Source: Leptolyngbyales cyanobacterium (GTDB lineage Bacteria > Cyanobacteriota > Cyanobacteriia > Leptolyngbyales > Leptolyngbyaceae). From it: a stretch of DNA of 64,000 nt. The position numbers and the translations under genes were made by a program. A model generated the notes under the pieces. That model was not told the DNA's origin, did no database searches, and saw only the letters and a list, made by a program, of their open reading frames with translations. Positions 19,652 to 29,293 of this stretch are shown in pieces; the first letter of the stretch is position 1; each line of letters opens with the position of its first letter. The stretch covers positions 1 through 64,000 of the forward strand of contig JBBRPT010000006.1 of assembly GCA_038227635.1 (NCBI GenBank), written 5' to 3'.

Positions 19652-21127
19652 TTACTCGCCTATCAACGCCCGGAAGCGATCGTCGTTGCGAATGCGATCG
19701 AAAGCCGAGTCGGTTTTCGCCATCTCCTGATAATCGGAATCAAGGGTGATGGCTTGTTGTAGGGTTTCGATGGCTAAATCAATCTCTTCCTGCAAACCGT
19801 AACAGTGGGCTTTGCCGTAGTGGGCACGTGCAGAGTCAGGCTGAATTTGCAACGCTCGATCATAGCTCTGAAGTGCTTCGTCATAGCGCCCCAGGTACGT
19901 CAGCACAAATCCTCTGTATACCCAGGCTGTGTGATAGTCCGGTTTGATCGCCACGGCTTTGTCACAGCTTTGGATCGCCTCCTCATAGCGCCCTAAGGCA
20001 GACAGCGCCAAGCCACGGCTGTTCCATGCTGCGTGATAGTCCGGTTTGATCTCCACGGCTCGGTTATAGCTTTGAACCGCCTCCTCATAGCGCCCTAAGG
20101 CAGACAGCGCACCGCCGCGTTTGTACCAGGCTGAGCGATCGTCCGGTTTGATGTCTAAGGCTTTGTCATAGCTTTGAACCGCCTCCTCCTTGCGTCCCAA
20201 GGCAGACAGTGCCAAGCCACGGTTGTACCAAGCTGCGTGATAATCCGATTTGATCTCCACGGCTTTGTCATAGCTTTGAACTGCCTCCTCCTTGCGTCCT
20301 AAGTCAGACAGCGCATTGCCGCGGTTGTGCCAAGCTGCGTAAAAGTCTGGTTTGAGGTCGAGTACCTTCTCCCAACTGGTAAGAGAATCTTCATAGTCCT
20401 GTTCGGCAGCGAACAGTAAGCCGAGTTTAAATAGGAGGTCACACTTACGGCTCTCAGAGCCAGAGTCCATCTCTTGCAACATTGCTCTGAGGGTGAGGAT
20501 TTTTTCTACCCGATCCTGGGGCATCAGTTTTAGGTATTGGTTATAACCGCCGTCTGCTAAAAAACGATCGGCTTCTTCGGCGACCTCCTTAGAGTCACGG
20601 GGAAAGCGGAACAAGCCAGAGCGCCAGTCTAGAAAATCTGCGGCTCGTTGAATAAAATAATCCACCACAAACGGAGGCACCAGAAACACAAACCGAGCCG
20701 GGAAGTCATTCCGCAGATGTTCTCGCTGCTGGTTCAGGTGGTTCAAAAGCTTAGGCACACCCTTCCAACTGTAGTTATAAATCTCTCCACTACTCCACCC
20801 GCTCAGGCGTTTCACGTCTTCATAGGCATAGAGAGAGGCTTCTAACCCATCTAACACCAGCACATCAAAGGGTTGCTGCTGCCAGATATCGGCAATCTGG
20901 TCATAGAGCGTGACGACTTCCCCCTCAAGGTGCAATTCCTGAATATACTGCTGCGGCAAATCGTGAGGTAAGCTTGCAGCGATCGCCTCCCCCTGGCTCT
21001 TAGAGCATTGGACAAAAAACAGCCCAAATCCCTGCTTGCGCTGCAACGCCCGCTGCAAGGCTTGATAGACCTCTTCCCCGGTCTCTGGGGGTAACTCATC
21101 GTCCCAGTCAAATGAGCTTGCTGTCAT
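19652..21127 (-). CDS. TPR-repeat protein (about 7 TPRs) with novel ~230-aa N-terminal domain
   Basis: Seven 34-aa repeats (AWHNRGNALSDLGRKEEAVQSYDKAVEIKSDYH-type). Its ATG overlaps the stop of the upstream ATPase gene (ATGA). Confidence 0.8.
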   Translation of the reverse strand: MTASSFDWDDELPPETGEEVYQALQRALQRKQGFGLFFVQCSKSQGEAIAASLPHDLPQQYIQELHLEGEVVTLYDQIADIWQQQPFDVLVLDGLEASLYAYEDVKRLSGWSSGEIYNYSWKGVPKLLNHLNQQREHLRNDFPARFVFLVPPFVVDYFIQRAADFLDWRSGLFRFPRDSKEVAEEADRFLADGGYNQYLKLMPQDRVEKILTLRAMLQEMDSGSESRKCDLLFKLGLLFAAEQDYEDSLTSWEKVLDLKPDFYAAWHNRGNALSDLGRKEEAVQSYDKAVEIKSDYHAAWYNRGLALSALGRKEEAVQSYDKALDIKPDDRSAWYKRGGALSALGRYEEAVQSYNRAVEIKPDYHAAWNSRGLALSALGRYEEAIQSCDKAVAIKPDYHTAWVYRGFVLTYLGRYDEALQSYDRALQIQPDSARAHYGKAHCYGLQEEIDLAIETLQQAITLDSDYQEMAKTDSAFDRIRNDDRFRALIGE

Positions 21128-22446
21128 GGCTTCAGTTTAGCGAGTTCATCCTGAAACCGTTGAATTTTGTAGATCAAAGGATGCACATCATACCAGATGC
21201 GAATCTCTCCCTCGTGATCGAGACATCGATATTCTAGAATGCAGCGACGTTGCAGCAGACTGCGATGCTCATTGTCATTGGGAATTTCTCGGCGGCGGTG
21301 GCTAACCAGAGCGAGTCGCTCCCACTCCGGCTCCTCTACCGCCCGGTGATAGACCGCCCGCAGTTCCGTGATCGCCCGTTGCACCGATTTTGCTGAGATG
21401 GGGAATTGATCCGTCCGGTTGATTGAGTCTTGCATCATCTGCATCAACTCCCGAATGTGACCTCCACAGGCAATGCACAGCCGCTCTAGCGTTTCGCGAC
21501 TGTCAAACACCTGAGTCTCTAGATCCAAGTCTGAGGCATGGGGCTGCACCCGCAGTTGAATCGCTTCTCGCAATTTTTCCAGTCCTTGAGCGTAAGCGTC
21601 GCCGTTCTGCTGCTGCACCATCACCATTGGCAGCACCTGAGTAGTGCCATAGATCGTCTGCACCTCATTTGCCCAGCGAGAATAAACCAGCGCGATCGGC
21701 ACCGTGTAGATCATGTGGCAATCCAGCCCCTTTAATTGCTCACTGCGATCGAGAAAAATCTCCTCATGATTGCTGCGCCCATTGTCTCGGAAGTCGATCG
21801 GAATCCGATCCAGGTTATCGACAATCATCGCCAGCTTGGTTTTGCCGTTAGGGAGATGCTGACGGGCATCGGCAATAAACTCGTTTAGGGCAGTCAGCAG
21901 CGTAATGGTGTGCGGATTCACCTTCTCGCGAATCTTGGCGCGCTGAGTCGGTTCGGCACGAATGCTAGCCGTGAGCTTGGTAAACACCGACAGAGATGAC
22001 TCCACGCTGGCTTTTTCTAAAGAAACATCCATCAGCGCCAGCTCTTTGAGTTCCTGCCCTCGATCGCGCAGCCAGTTCTGAATAGGCGCGGCATTGGCAG
22101 ACCGAATATCTTTTAGAAAGCGCCGAGTACACGCCAGCAAGATATCAATATATTCCACGTTCTGCGGATCGATATCTTCCTCATCTGCCTCAAAATAGAC
22201 CACAAAGAAGCCGTTCTCTTCCAGGCTTTTTTGCAATCGCCGCAGTTCTGTAGACTTGCCACTGCCCCGATGCCCCGTATAAAGCTGATAGGTGCTCTGA
22301 TCTGAGTTGCGAATCCGTTTACCCACATCATCCACAATGTTTTCATCGCCCCGCACCTCTCGGCAATCGACATACTGCGGGTCGTCTGCTGGCAACGGGC
22401 GAGACGGGTCAAACGAGTTGTAGATTCTGGCTAAGCGATCGCTCAT
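21124..22446 (-). CDS. P-loop NTPase (STAND/AAA-like) of unknown function, coupled to the TPR protein
   Basis: Walker A is GHRGSGKST and Walker B-like is LAMIVDNLD. 440 aa. 4-nt overlap with the downstream TPR gene. Confidence 0.6.
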   Translation of the reverse strand: MSDRLARIYNSFDPSRPLPADDPQYVDCREVRGDENIVDDVGKRIRNSDQSTYQLYTGHRGSGKSTELRRLQKSLEENGFFVVYFEADEEDIDPQNVEYIDILLACTRRFLKDIRSANAAPIQNWLRDRGQELKELALMDVSLEKASVESSLSVFTKLTASIRAEPTQRAKIREKVNPHTITLLTALNEFIADARQHLPNGKTKLAMIVDNLDRIPIDFRDNGRSNHEEIFLDRSEQLKGLDCHMIYTVPIALVYSRWANEVQTIYGTTQVLPMVMVQQQNGDAYAQGLEKLREAIQLRVQPHASDLDLETQVFDSRETLERLCIACGGHIRELMQMMQDSINRTDQFPISAKSVQRAITELRAVYHRAVEEPEWERLALVSHRRREIPNDNEHRSLLQRRCILEYRCLDHEGEIRIWYDVHPLIYKIQRFQDELAKLKP

Positions 22447-22584
22447 GGTGAATTCACGTCGGGTTGGAGTTTATTGTAAACCAACACAGAAGGGAAGCAT
22501 CCGTGCGATCGTCTCCTCAAATGGGCACTCTCAAGCCAACACTCAAACGATGTAACTGCCTACATTTCAGCGTAAGCAAACGAG

Positions 22585-23103
22585 TTGCAGTCACCCGAGG
22601 AACCTTCCCACAGGAACTTTCACCCCATGTCATACCAAAACATCTCCGCCAAGCTCTCGCCCACCGATCTTGCAGACATCAAAGCTGCCCTGGCGACGAT
22701 CGAAGCCAAACTGCCCTTTCTGGTTAATCTCACCGTTGAAGAACGCCGCAAACTGTTCAAGATGGGCAACAAAAGCCTCTCCTTTGTCAGCAATAGCCTC
22801 ACGGCTGCCCAGTCTAACCCCGGCATTTTGCCAGCCAGTTTCGACCTAGCCGAATTCGATCGTGACTACCAGCTTGCTGCCTCCTTAACCGAGGTACACC
22901 TGAGACTGCAACAACTCACCGAAAAAGTAGACGACACCCTAGTCGCAGTCAGCAGCGAAGCCATGAACAGCAGCCTCACCGTCTATGAATATGTGAAGAC
23001 TGCTGCCAAAAAGACCCCCGGACTGAAGACGATCTCCGACCAGTTGGGCGAACGCTTCAAAACGCTCCGCCAAAAAGCCTCCAAAGAATCATCTGCCTCC
23101 TGA
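22585..23103 (+). CDS. Hypothetical protein
   Basis: 172-aa ORF. The likely start is the internal ATG at 22627 (MSYQNISAKL). No motif recognised. Confidence 0.4.
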   Translation: MQSPEEPSHRNFHPMSYQNISAKLSPTDLADIKAALATIEAKLPFLVNLTVEERRKLFKMGNKSLSFVSNSLTAAQSNPGILPASFDLAEFDRDYQLAASLTEVHLRLQQLTEKVDDTLVAVSSEAMNSSLTVYEYVKTAAKKTPGLKTISDQLGERFKTLRQKASKESSAS

Positions 23104-23160
23104 CTGCCATATTTCCTCGCTGACTAGCCAGCAGAACTCATCAGCGAGGTCTACATCTTC

Positions 23161-23394
23161 TCTCACGAGTCTTTGCATCTCATCGACGAGTCTTTGCGCC
23201 TCGCTCACGAGTCTTTGCATCTCACTCACGAGTTTTTGCACCTCATCGACGAGACTTTGTAACTCGCTCACGAGTCTTTGCACTCCGCTTATTAGTCTGA
23301 GATTGTCTCCCGCGAGTCTCTGCGCTTCTTTTACAAGTCTTTTAGTTTCTCTTACGAGTCTTTGAATTTCTCCTACGAGTTTCTGTGAGTGTCA
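23161..23394. repeat. Tandem 21-bp repeat array (about 11 units, consensus CTCACGAGTCTTTGCATCTCA)
   Basis: Units at 23161, 23182, 23203, 23224, 23245 and 23266, then degenerate units to 23394. The minus strand encodes heptads (RLVSEMQ) within a 64-aa ORF at 23089..23283. Confidence 0.8.
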
Positions 23395-23443
23395 CGCGAT
23401 GTAAAACTTCAGAAAGGAGGACTTAAAGAATTCGCACATCGCG
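23394..23443. repeat. MITE-like repeat, copy 4 (minimal 50-bp form: TIRs only)
   Basis: ACGCGATGT ... ACATCGCGT are the same terminal inverted repeats as copies 1-3, with only 32 bp between them. Confidence 0.6.
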
Positions 23444-23584
23444 TTAGCTTGTTAGACGGGAAGCCTCACGTCCATAACGGTCTTCCGTTTGGCGTGAGAT
23501 GAAAGGCGCGTTGATTGCGGTGCGATATCTGCCAATGTTTGACGAGAAAGGTTATCAGCACCGTAATCAACTATCTCTCAGAAC

Positions 23585-23995
23585 TCACGACGGAGAGTCT
23601 TGATCTTCAATGTATTTCTTCAGCGCCGATACGGTCACGCCTCCACACGATGCGATGAAATATGAACCGTTCCACAAAACATCTTTGTGATAGAACTCAT
23701 CAACTCTACTTTCAAATTCAGACCGTAGCCTACGACTGGTTACGGTTTTGACGTTATTAACTAACTTGCTGAGTTCTACCCCTGGATGGTACTGAAACAG
23801 CAGGTGAACATGGTTCTCTTCACCATTGAATTCAATCACCTTGCAATCCCATTTCTCTAGTAAATCCTCAAAGATTTCGTGCATCCGGTCTAACATCTCT
23901 TGGGTAAAAAGCTTTCTACGATCCTTTGTCGTCAGCACCAAATGAGCCTTTAAGTCAGATACAGAGCGACCCCTAGAAACAAAATCATTTTTCAT
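23585..23995 (-). CDS. tnpA: IS200/IS605 transposase TnpA (Y1 HuH)
   Basis: HuH motif HVHLLFQYHP, catalytic Tyr region KTVTSRRLRSEF. About 136 aa from MKNDF. Confidence 0.85.
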   Translation of the reverse strand: MKNDFVSRGRSVSDLKAHLVLTTKDRRKLFTQEMLDRMHEIFEDLLEKWDCKVIEFNGEENHVHLLFQYHPGVELSKLVNNVKTVTSRRLRSEFESRVDEFYHKDVLWNGSYFIASCGGVTVSALKKYIEDQDSPS

Positions 23996-24054
23996 CTGAA
24001 ATCTTTCAATCACTTGGTGTATACTTAAACAGTAACACCAATTACACCGCTTCA

Positions 24055-25287
24055 ATGAAAACCGCTTACCAGTATCGCTTACGCCCGACTCCTAGCCAAA
24101 TTACCCAACTGGGTGAATAGTTGGAATTGCTGCGTAGACAATACAACTACCGATTGGGTGAGCGGTTCCGTTGGTCTGAGGAAAACCGTTGCGATATCAA
24201 CGCTTGCCCGTTAATCTGCTATCTAGCAGAGTTGAAAGACAATCCTGACTTCTATTCCCAGAAACGAGATTTGGTCAACTCCAAAGCGCTGTTTCCTGAG
24301 TACAAAGCGATTCACTCGCAAGTGCTTCAAGATTGCGTCGCGCGGGTTAAGAAGACGTTTGAGCGCTGGTTAAAAGGAGACTGCAACGGCAAGAGGTCAG
24401 GCAAGCCACGCTTTAAGGGGATGGGTCGATATCGCTCGTTCACGTTTCCGCAGGTAAAGCAGGATTGCATCTCAGGAAAGTTCATAAAGTTCCCTGTGAT
24501 TGGCAAAGTAACCCTGATTCAGCATCGTCCTTTGCCGGATGGCTTCAAAATCAAAACCGTGTCTATCACTCAAAAAGTGGATGGCTGGTATTTGGTGCTG
24601 AGTCTTGAGGATGTTTCTATCCCCGCTCTCAGTCCTGATCTTCCAACAATGGAAAATACCATCGGGATTGATATGGGCTTGAAGTTTTTTCTAGTGGACG
24701 ATTCAGGCAAAGAGGTTGTGATTCCTCAGTACTACCGCAAATCAGAGAAGCGACTAAAGCAGGTACAGAAATCACTCTCTCGCCAAAAGAAAGGCTCAAA
24801 CCGGCGCAAAAAAGCGGTGAAGCGAGTCGCTAAAGTTCATCTGAAAGCAGCCAATCAACGTAAAGACTTCCACTACAAAACGGTTCTAAAGCTCTTACAG
24901 CAAGGGAAGCACGTTGCTCATGAGAAGCTGAACATCAAAGGGCTTGCCAGAAAGAGGATGGCAAAATCGATCAATGATGCTGGATGGGGTCAATTCCTGA
25001 CAATTCTTGAGATCAAGGCTGAAAGAGCCGGATATCTTGCAATTCCAGTGAATCCAAACGGTACGAGTCAAAACTGTTCTGGTTGCGGGGTTAAAGTTCC
25101 TAAAGAGATTCAAGATCGATGGCATTCTTGCCCGTCTTGTGGCTGTAAACTTGACCGCGACCACAATGCAGCCATCAATATCAAACACAGAGCGGTAGGG
25201 CATTCCGTTCTTAAAGCTCAGGTAACGTCCGATGCAATAGCAGGAGTCACTGAGAAGCCTACGCTGTACTGTACTCAGTCAGCGTAG
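24055..25287 (+). CDS. tnpB: TnpB (RuvC-like, zinc finger), interrupted by an in-frame amber stop at codon 22
   Basis: MKTAYQYRLRPTPSQITQLGE then TAG (24118-24120) then LELLRRQYNYRL. C-terminal CSGCG...CPSCGCKLDRDHNAAINI zinc finger and RuvC motifs. Confidence 0.8.
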
Positions 25288-25343
25288 GAGTATGTCACGA
25301 TAGTAGTTATAGGAGCCTTCTATCTCTACACAAGGCTAAACTC

Positions 25344-27341
25344 ATGAAAAAACCGATCAGGCTTCGTCAGCTTTTGCCCATGATTCTCTCTTTGCTAGCA
25401 GTTGCAACCACAGCTAGAGCGATCGCTGCAAGTCCTGCTTCAACGACTTCTCAATCGCCCGACCAGTCAGTGCAAGTACAAGATGTGCAGTTGATGCAGA
25501 TTCCAGGACTAAGTTTTCCAGTCTGGATTTATCCAGTGGGCGGTGTAATTCTGCTGCTGATCTTTTTACCAAAAATCGGCTGGATTGCCGGACTGATTGT
25601 GATTGGTGAGCGAGAAGTGGGTGTTGTGACCAAAAAATTCTCATCGAAAAGTCTGCCGCCTAATCGACTGATTGCTACCAATGGTGAAGCCGGACTACAA
25701 GCCGATACTCTGCCTCCTGGCTGGCACTTTGGTTATTTTCCCTGGCAATATAATGTCAGCCATACGTCTGTGATTACGATTCCTCAAGGCGAGATTGGGC
25801 TATTAGTGGCAAACGATGGCGCAACCACCCCGCCCGATCGCATTCTGGGCAGAGTCGTAGACTGCGACAACTACCAGGATGCCCGCAAGTTCTTCGCTAA
25901 TGGAGGTGAGAAAGGACGACAGCTTGCCATTTTGACATCGGGAACCTACCGGATCAACACGGCTTTATTTGAAGTGATCACGGCAGCGAATGCAGCCCAA
26001 CATGAGATGCAGCCCAACCAACTGCGTATCTATACGATCGCGCCAGACAGCGTGGGTGTGGTGACTGCGCTGGATGGTGCTCCGATCGATGCAGGTGAGA
26101 TTGCCGGACCGATTATCGCTGACCACGACAACTTTCAGAGAGCCGATCGCTTTGTGCAAGACGGAGGACGACGTGGGCTGCAAGAGCAAGTCATGCTGTC
26201 TGGTTCGTGGAATTTGAATCCGTGGTTTGTGCAGACTGAACAGGTGCCGATGACTCAGGTGCCGATCGGCTATGTCGGGGTCGTGATTTCATTTGTGGGA
26301 AAGTCGCATCAAGATGTCAGCGGCGATGCCTTTACCCACGGCAATTTGGTGAACAAAGGCGATAAGGGGGTGTGGGTTGAGCCACTCTATCCGGGTAAGC
26401 ATCCGCTCAACACCCAGATTATGAAGGTGGAACCCGTGCCGACCACCAACATTGTTTTGAACTTCACCAGCCGCTTTAGTGGAGAACACGGCTACGATTC
26501 TAAACTGATTGCGCTGAAGCTGCTGTCGTTTGACGGCTTTGAGTTTGAGCTAGAGGTGTTTCAGATTATTCATGTCGGTGCAGCCGATGCGCCTAAAGTC
26601 ATCTCGCGGTTAGGTTCTATGCAAAACTTGGTCGATCATGTGCTGCGTCCGATCGTGGGCAACTACTTCCGCAACTCTGCACAAGAATATACGATTCTAG
26701 ACTTCCTCACTGCTCGGAGTGAACGGCAAGCCGAAGCCGCAGAATATGTGCGGCAGGCACTCCGCGCTTATGATGTGCAAGCGGTAGATACGCTGATCGG
26801 ACTGATTACGCCGCCCCCCGAACTGATGCAAACCCTCACTGATCGTAAGATTGCCGAGGAGCAACAAAAAACCTATGATGTGCAGCGCGTCGCTCAAACT
26901 CAACGGCAAGAATTGGTGCGAGAAACAGCGTTGGCAAACATTCAAGACCAGATCATCACCGCTCAAGAAGGCGTAACGATCGCTCAACTGCAAGCGTCTG
27001 CGGCAGTCAAACAGGCGAACGGAGAAGCCGAAGCGATTCGCGTCACGGGGCAAGCCAAAGCCGATGCTTATCAGGCGGGGGTGAGTTCTCTAGGGGCACA
27101 GGCTTACACAGCACTGCAACTGATGCAGGTGATTGGCGATCGCAATGTGCGGGTGGTTCCTGATGTCTCGGTGAGCGGCAGCAACAGTTCTGGCTTGTTG
27201 GATGGTTTGATGAGTATGATGCTGTGGAATCAATCGAGTGGTAACTCCATGACGACGATTCCCACTAGCAACGGCAAAGTAGAGTTGGGCGATCCAGTGA
27301 CGGCGATCGTACCTCCGTCAGAGCATGACTCCAGTCTCTGA
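25344..27341 (+). CDS. SPFH/band-7 (flotillin-like) membrane protein
   Basis: Signal/anchor N-terminus, SPFH core, and a C-terminal flotillin-type coiled coil (AEEQQKTYDVQRVAQTQRQELVRETALANIQ...). Confidence 0.7.
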   Translation: MKKPIRLRQLLPMILSLLAVATTARAIAASPASTTSQSPDQSVQVQDVQLMQIPGLSFPVWIYPVGGVILLLIFLPKIGWIAGLIVIGEREVGVVTKKFSSKSLPPNRLIATNGEAGLQADTLPPGWHFGYFPWQYNVSHTSVITIPQGEIGLLVANDGATTPPDRILGRVVDCDNYQDARKFFANGGEKGRQLAILTSGTYRINTALFEVITAANAAQHEMQPNQLRIYTIAPDSVGVVTALDGAPIDAGEIAGPIIADHDNFQRADRFVQDGGRRGLQEQVMLSGSWNLNPWFVQTEQVPMTQVPIGYVGVVISFVGKSHQDVSGDAFTHGNLVNKGDKGVWVEPLYPGKHPLNTQIMKVEPVPTTNIVLNFTSRFSGEHGYDSKLIALKLLSFDGFEFELEVFQIIHVGAADAPKVISRLGSMQNLVDHVLRPIVGNYFRNSAQEYTILDFLTARSERQAEAAEYVRQALRAYDVQAVDTLIGLITPPPELMQTLTDRKIAEEQQKTYDVQRVAQTQRQELVRETALANIQDQIITAQEGVTIAQLQASAAVKQANGEAEAIRVTGQAKADAYQAGVSSLGAQAYTALQLMQVIGDRNVRVVPDVSVSGSNSSGLLDGLMSMMLWNQSSGNSMTTIPTSNGKVELGDPVTAIVPPSEHDSSL

Positions 27342-29193
27342 TTACTACTGCTTTAATCCCAGTTGTTCAGCGCCTAATCACCTGACACCAAACTGTCAGC
27401 AGTGTGGGGCGCTGCTGCAACTGGAATGCTACTATGCCATCAAGCGATTGGGGCAGGGGAAATTTAGCCGCACCTTTTTGGCAATTCGCTCTACGGACTC
27501 TGAAGGAAACAAGTCAGCCGACACAACCCAGTATGTGATTCAACAATGCTGGGGCGATCGCGTCAATGCAACTTTGTTCGCCAAACTGCAAGAAATCGGA
27601 CAGCATCCCCAACTGCCGACGGTGGTAGATTACTTTGAGCACGATGGCATTCATTTTTTGATACAGAACTATATTGCTGGCGAAAGGTTAGATAGGACGA
27701 TCGCCAACAAAGGACAACTCACTCCAACGCAGGTATGGCAAGTTTTAGAATCTGTATTGCTGATTCTGCATTGGATTCATGCTCACGGGGTAATTCATCG
27801 CGACCTCAAACCCGAAAATATTATTTACGCCAAGTCGGAATTCAGATTGGTGGGTATTGCGATTTTCAGCGCTGATTCTCTACAATCCGCGATCGGCAGC
27901 GCCGAGTATGCCGCACCGGAACAACTCCGAGGCGAAGCGGTATTTGCTAGTGATCTCTATAGTTTGGGGGTTATCTGCATTCACCTGTTAACGGGTGTGC
28001 AGCCGTTTCACCTGTTTGACGCGACTGAAAATCGCTGGACGTGGCGCACCTACTGGCTACCCGATCAGACATCCCCTGAGAAGTATCCAGATCGCTTGGC
28101 TCAGATTCTCGATCGCTTAATCGACCCTAACCTCGATCGACGATTTGCATCGGCGGCGGCAGCGATCGCAGCGATCGAGCAGATTCGAGGCAAAAAAATC
28201 GCGATTTCGACCCCCGCACCCCTGATCACTTGGCAAAATACGGCGACGTTGATCGGGCACGAAGGACTGTTTGCCAGCGTCACAGGTGTTGCCATCTCGC
28301 CCGATCATCACTACATTGCCAGCGCCAGCGAAGATAAAACCGTGCGGTTGTGGAATCTGGACACAGGCAAACAAATTCTGGTGCTGCGAGGACATAGCCA
28401 ATTTGTGCAAGCCGTAGCATTTCATCCGCAGCAGTCAAATTGGTTAATCAGTGCAGGGCGCGATCGTCAGATCAAATTTTGGGATTGGACAACTCAGCAG
28501 CAACTCCGCACCCTTATAGGACACACCCAGCACATTCACGCGATCGCCTTCAGCCCTGATGGAACCTTAATTGCCAGTGGCAGTGCCGACAAGACTCTGA
28601 AGTTGTGGACTCTAGATGGTGAAATCATCTCTACTTTTCTAGGGCATCGCTTAGCCGTGAACGCGGTTGCATTCCACCCGATCGCGCCTCTCATCGCCAG
28701 CGCTAGTGCAGACACTACGATTCGTCTTTGGCATCTCGACGGTGAACTCGATTGCACATTGACAGGACATACTCAGGCAGTAAGAGCGATCACATTTAGC
28801 CCCACAGGTCAGCTTCTTGCCAGTGGCGGTGAAGACAAAACCATTCGCCTTTGGGATGTTGCCTCTGGTCAGTGTTGTCGCGTTTTACCAGGACATTCTT
28901 GGTCGATTTCTTCTCTAGTGTTTGCCACAGACCACACCTTGATCAGTGGGAGTTGGGACAAAACCCTCAAGGTGTGGCAGTTGAACACAGGCAAGGAAAT
29001 TGCGAGATTGGTGGGACACACTGATTCGATCTCTAGCTTGGCACTGCAACTCAGTGAACCGATGAACCACAGAGCGACCATCCACTCGCTAGAAAATGCC
29101 GTCTTGATAAGCGGGAGTCGAGATAAAACAATTAAACGCTGGCAGTTTTTTCAGGACGTGTCTTCAATTGAGCCAAACCACGAAAGTACCTAG
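27325..29193 (+). CDS. Ser/Thr protein kinase with N-terminal Cys4 zinc ribbon and C-terminal WD40 beta-propeller
   Basis: CFNPSC...CQQCG, then HRDLKPENII and SAEYAAPE. At least 7 WD40 repeats (GH...WD/W). Its start overlaps the flotillin gene by 17 nt. Confidence 0.85.
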   Translation: MTPVSDYYCFNPSCSAPNHLTPNCQQCGALLQLECYYAIKRLGQGKFSRTFLAIRSTDSEGNKSADTTQYVIQQCWGDRVNATLFAKLQEIGQHPQLPTVVDYFEHDGIHFLIQNYIAGERLDRTIANKGQLTPTQVWQVLESVLLILHWIHAHGVIHRDLKPENIIYAKSEFRLVGIAIFSADSLQSAIGSAEYAAPEQLRGEAVFASDLYSLGVICIHLLTGVQPFHLFDATENRWTWRTYWLPDQTSPEKYPDRLAQILDRLIDPNLDRRFASAAAAIAAIEQIRGKKIAISTPAPLITWQNTATLIGHEGLFASVTGVAISPDHHYIASASEDKTVRLWNLDTGKQILVLRGHSQFVQAVAFHPQQSNWLISAGRDRQIKFWDWTTQQQLRTLIGHTQHIHAIAFSPDGTLIASGSADKTLKLWTLDGEIISTFLGHRLAVNAVAFHPIAPLIASASADTTIRLWHLDGELDCTLTGHTQAVRAITFSPTGQLLASGGEDKTIRLWDVASGQCCRVLPGHSWSISSLVFATDHTLISGSWDKTLKVWQLNTGKEIARLVGHTDSISSLALQLSEPMNHRATIHSLENAVLISGSRDKTIKRWQFFQDVSSIEPNHEST

Positions 29194-29293
29194 ACCGATC
29201 GCACCAAGAAAATTAGCAGTCGAATCGTTGCCAGACCCGATCGACACCGAGGGGGCATAGCCAATCACCAGCACACAACCAGCCAAACGCCAA

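Larger units (their letters stand above)
23455..25330. mobile_element. IS200/IS605-family insertion sequence (divergent tnpA / tnpB)
   Basis: Y1 HuH transposase and TnpB. Imperfect subterminal hairpin near 23466-23488. Perfect 9-bp stem hairpin CCTACGCTG...CAGCGTAGG at 25258-25288, the RE/omega-RNA scaffold region. Boundaries are approximate. Confidence 0.7.
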
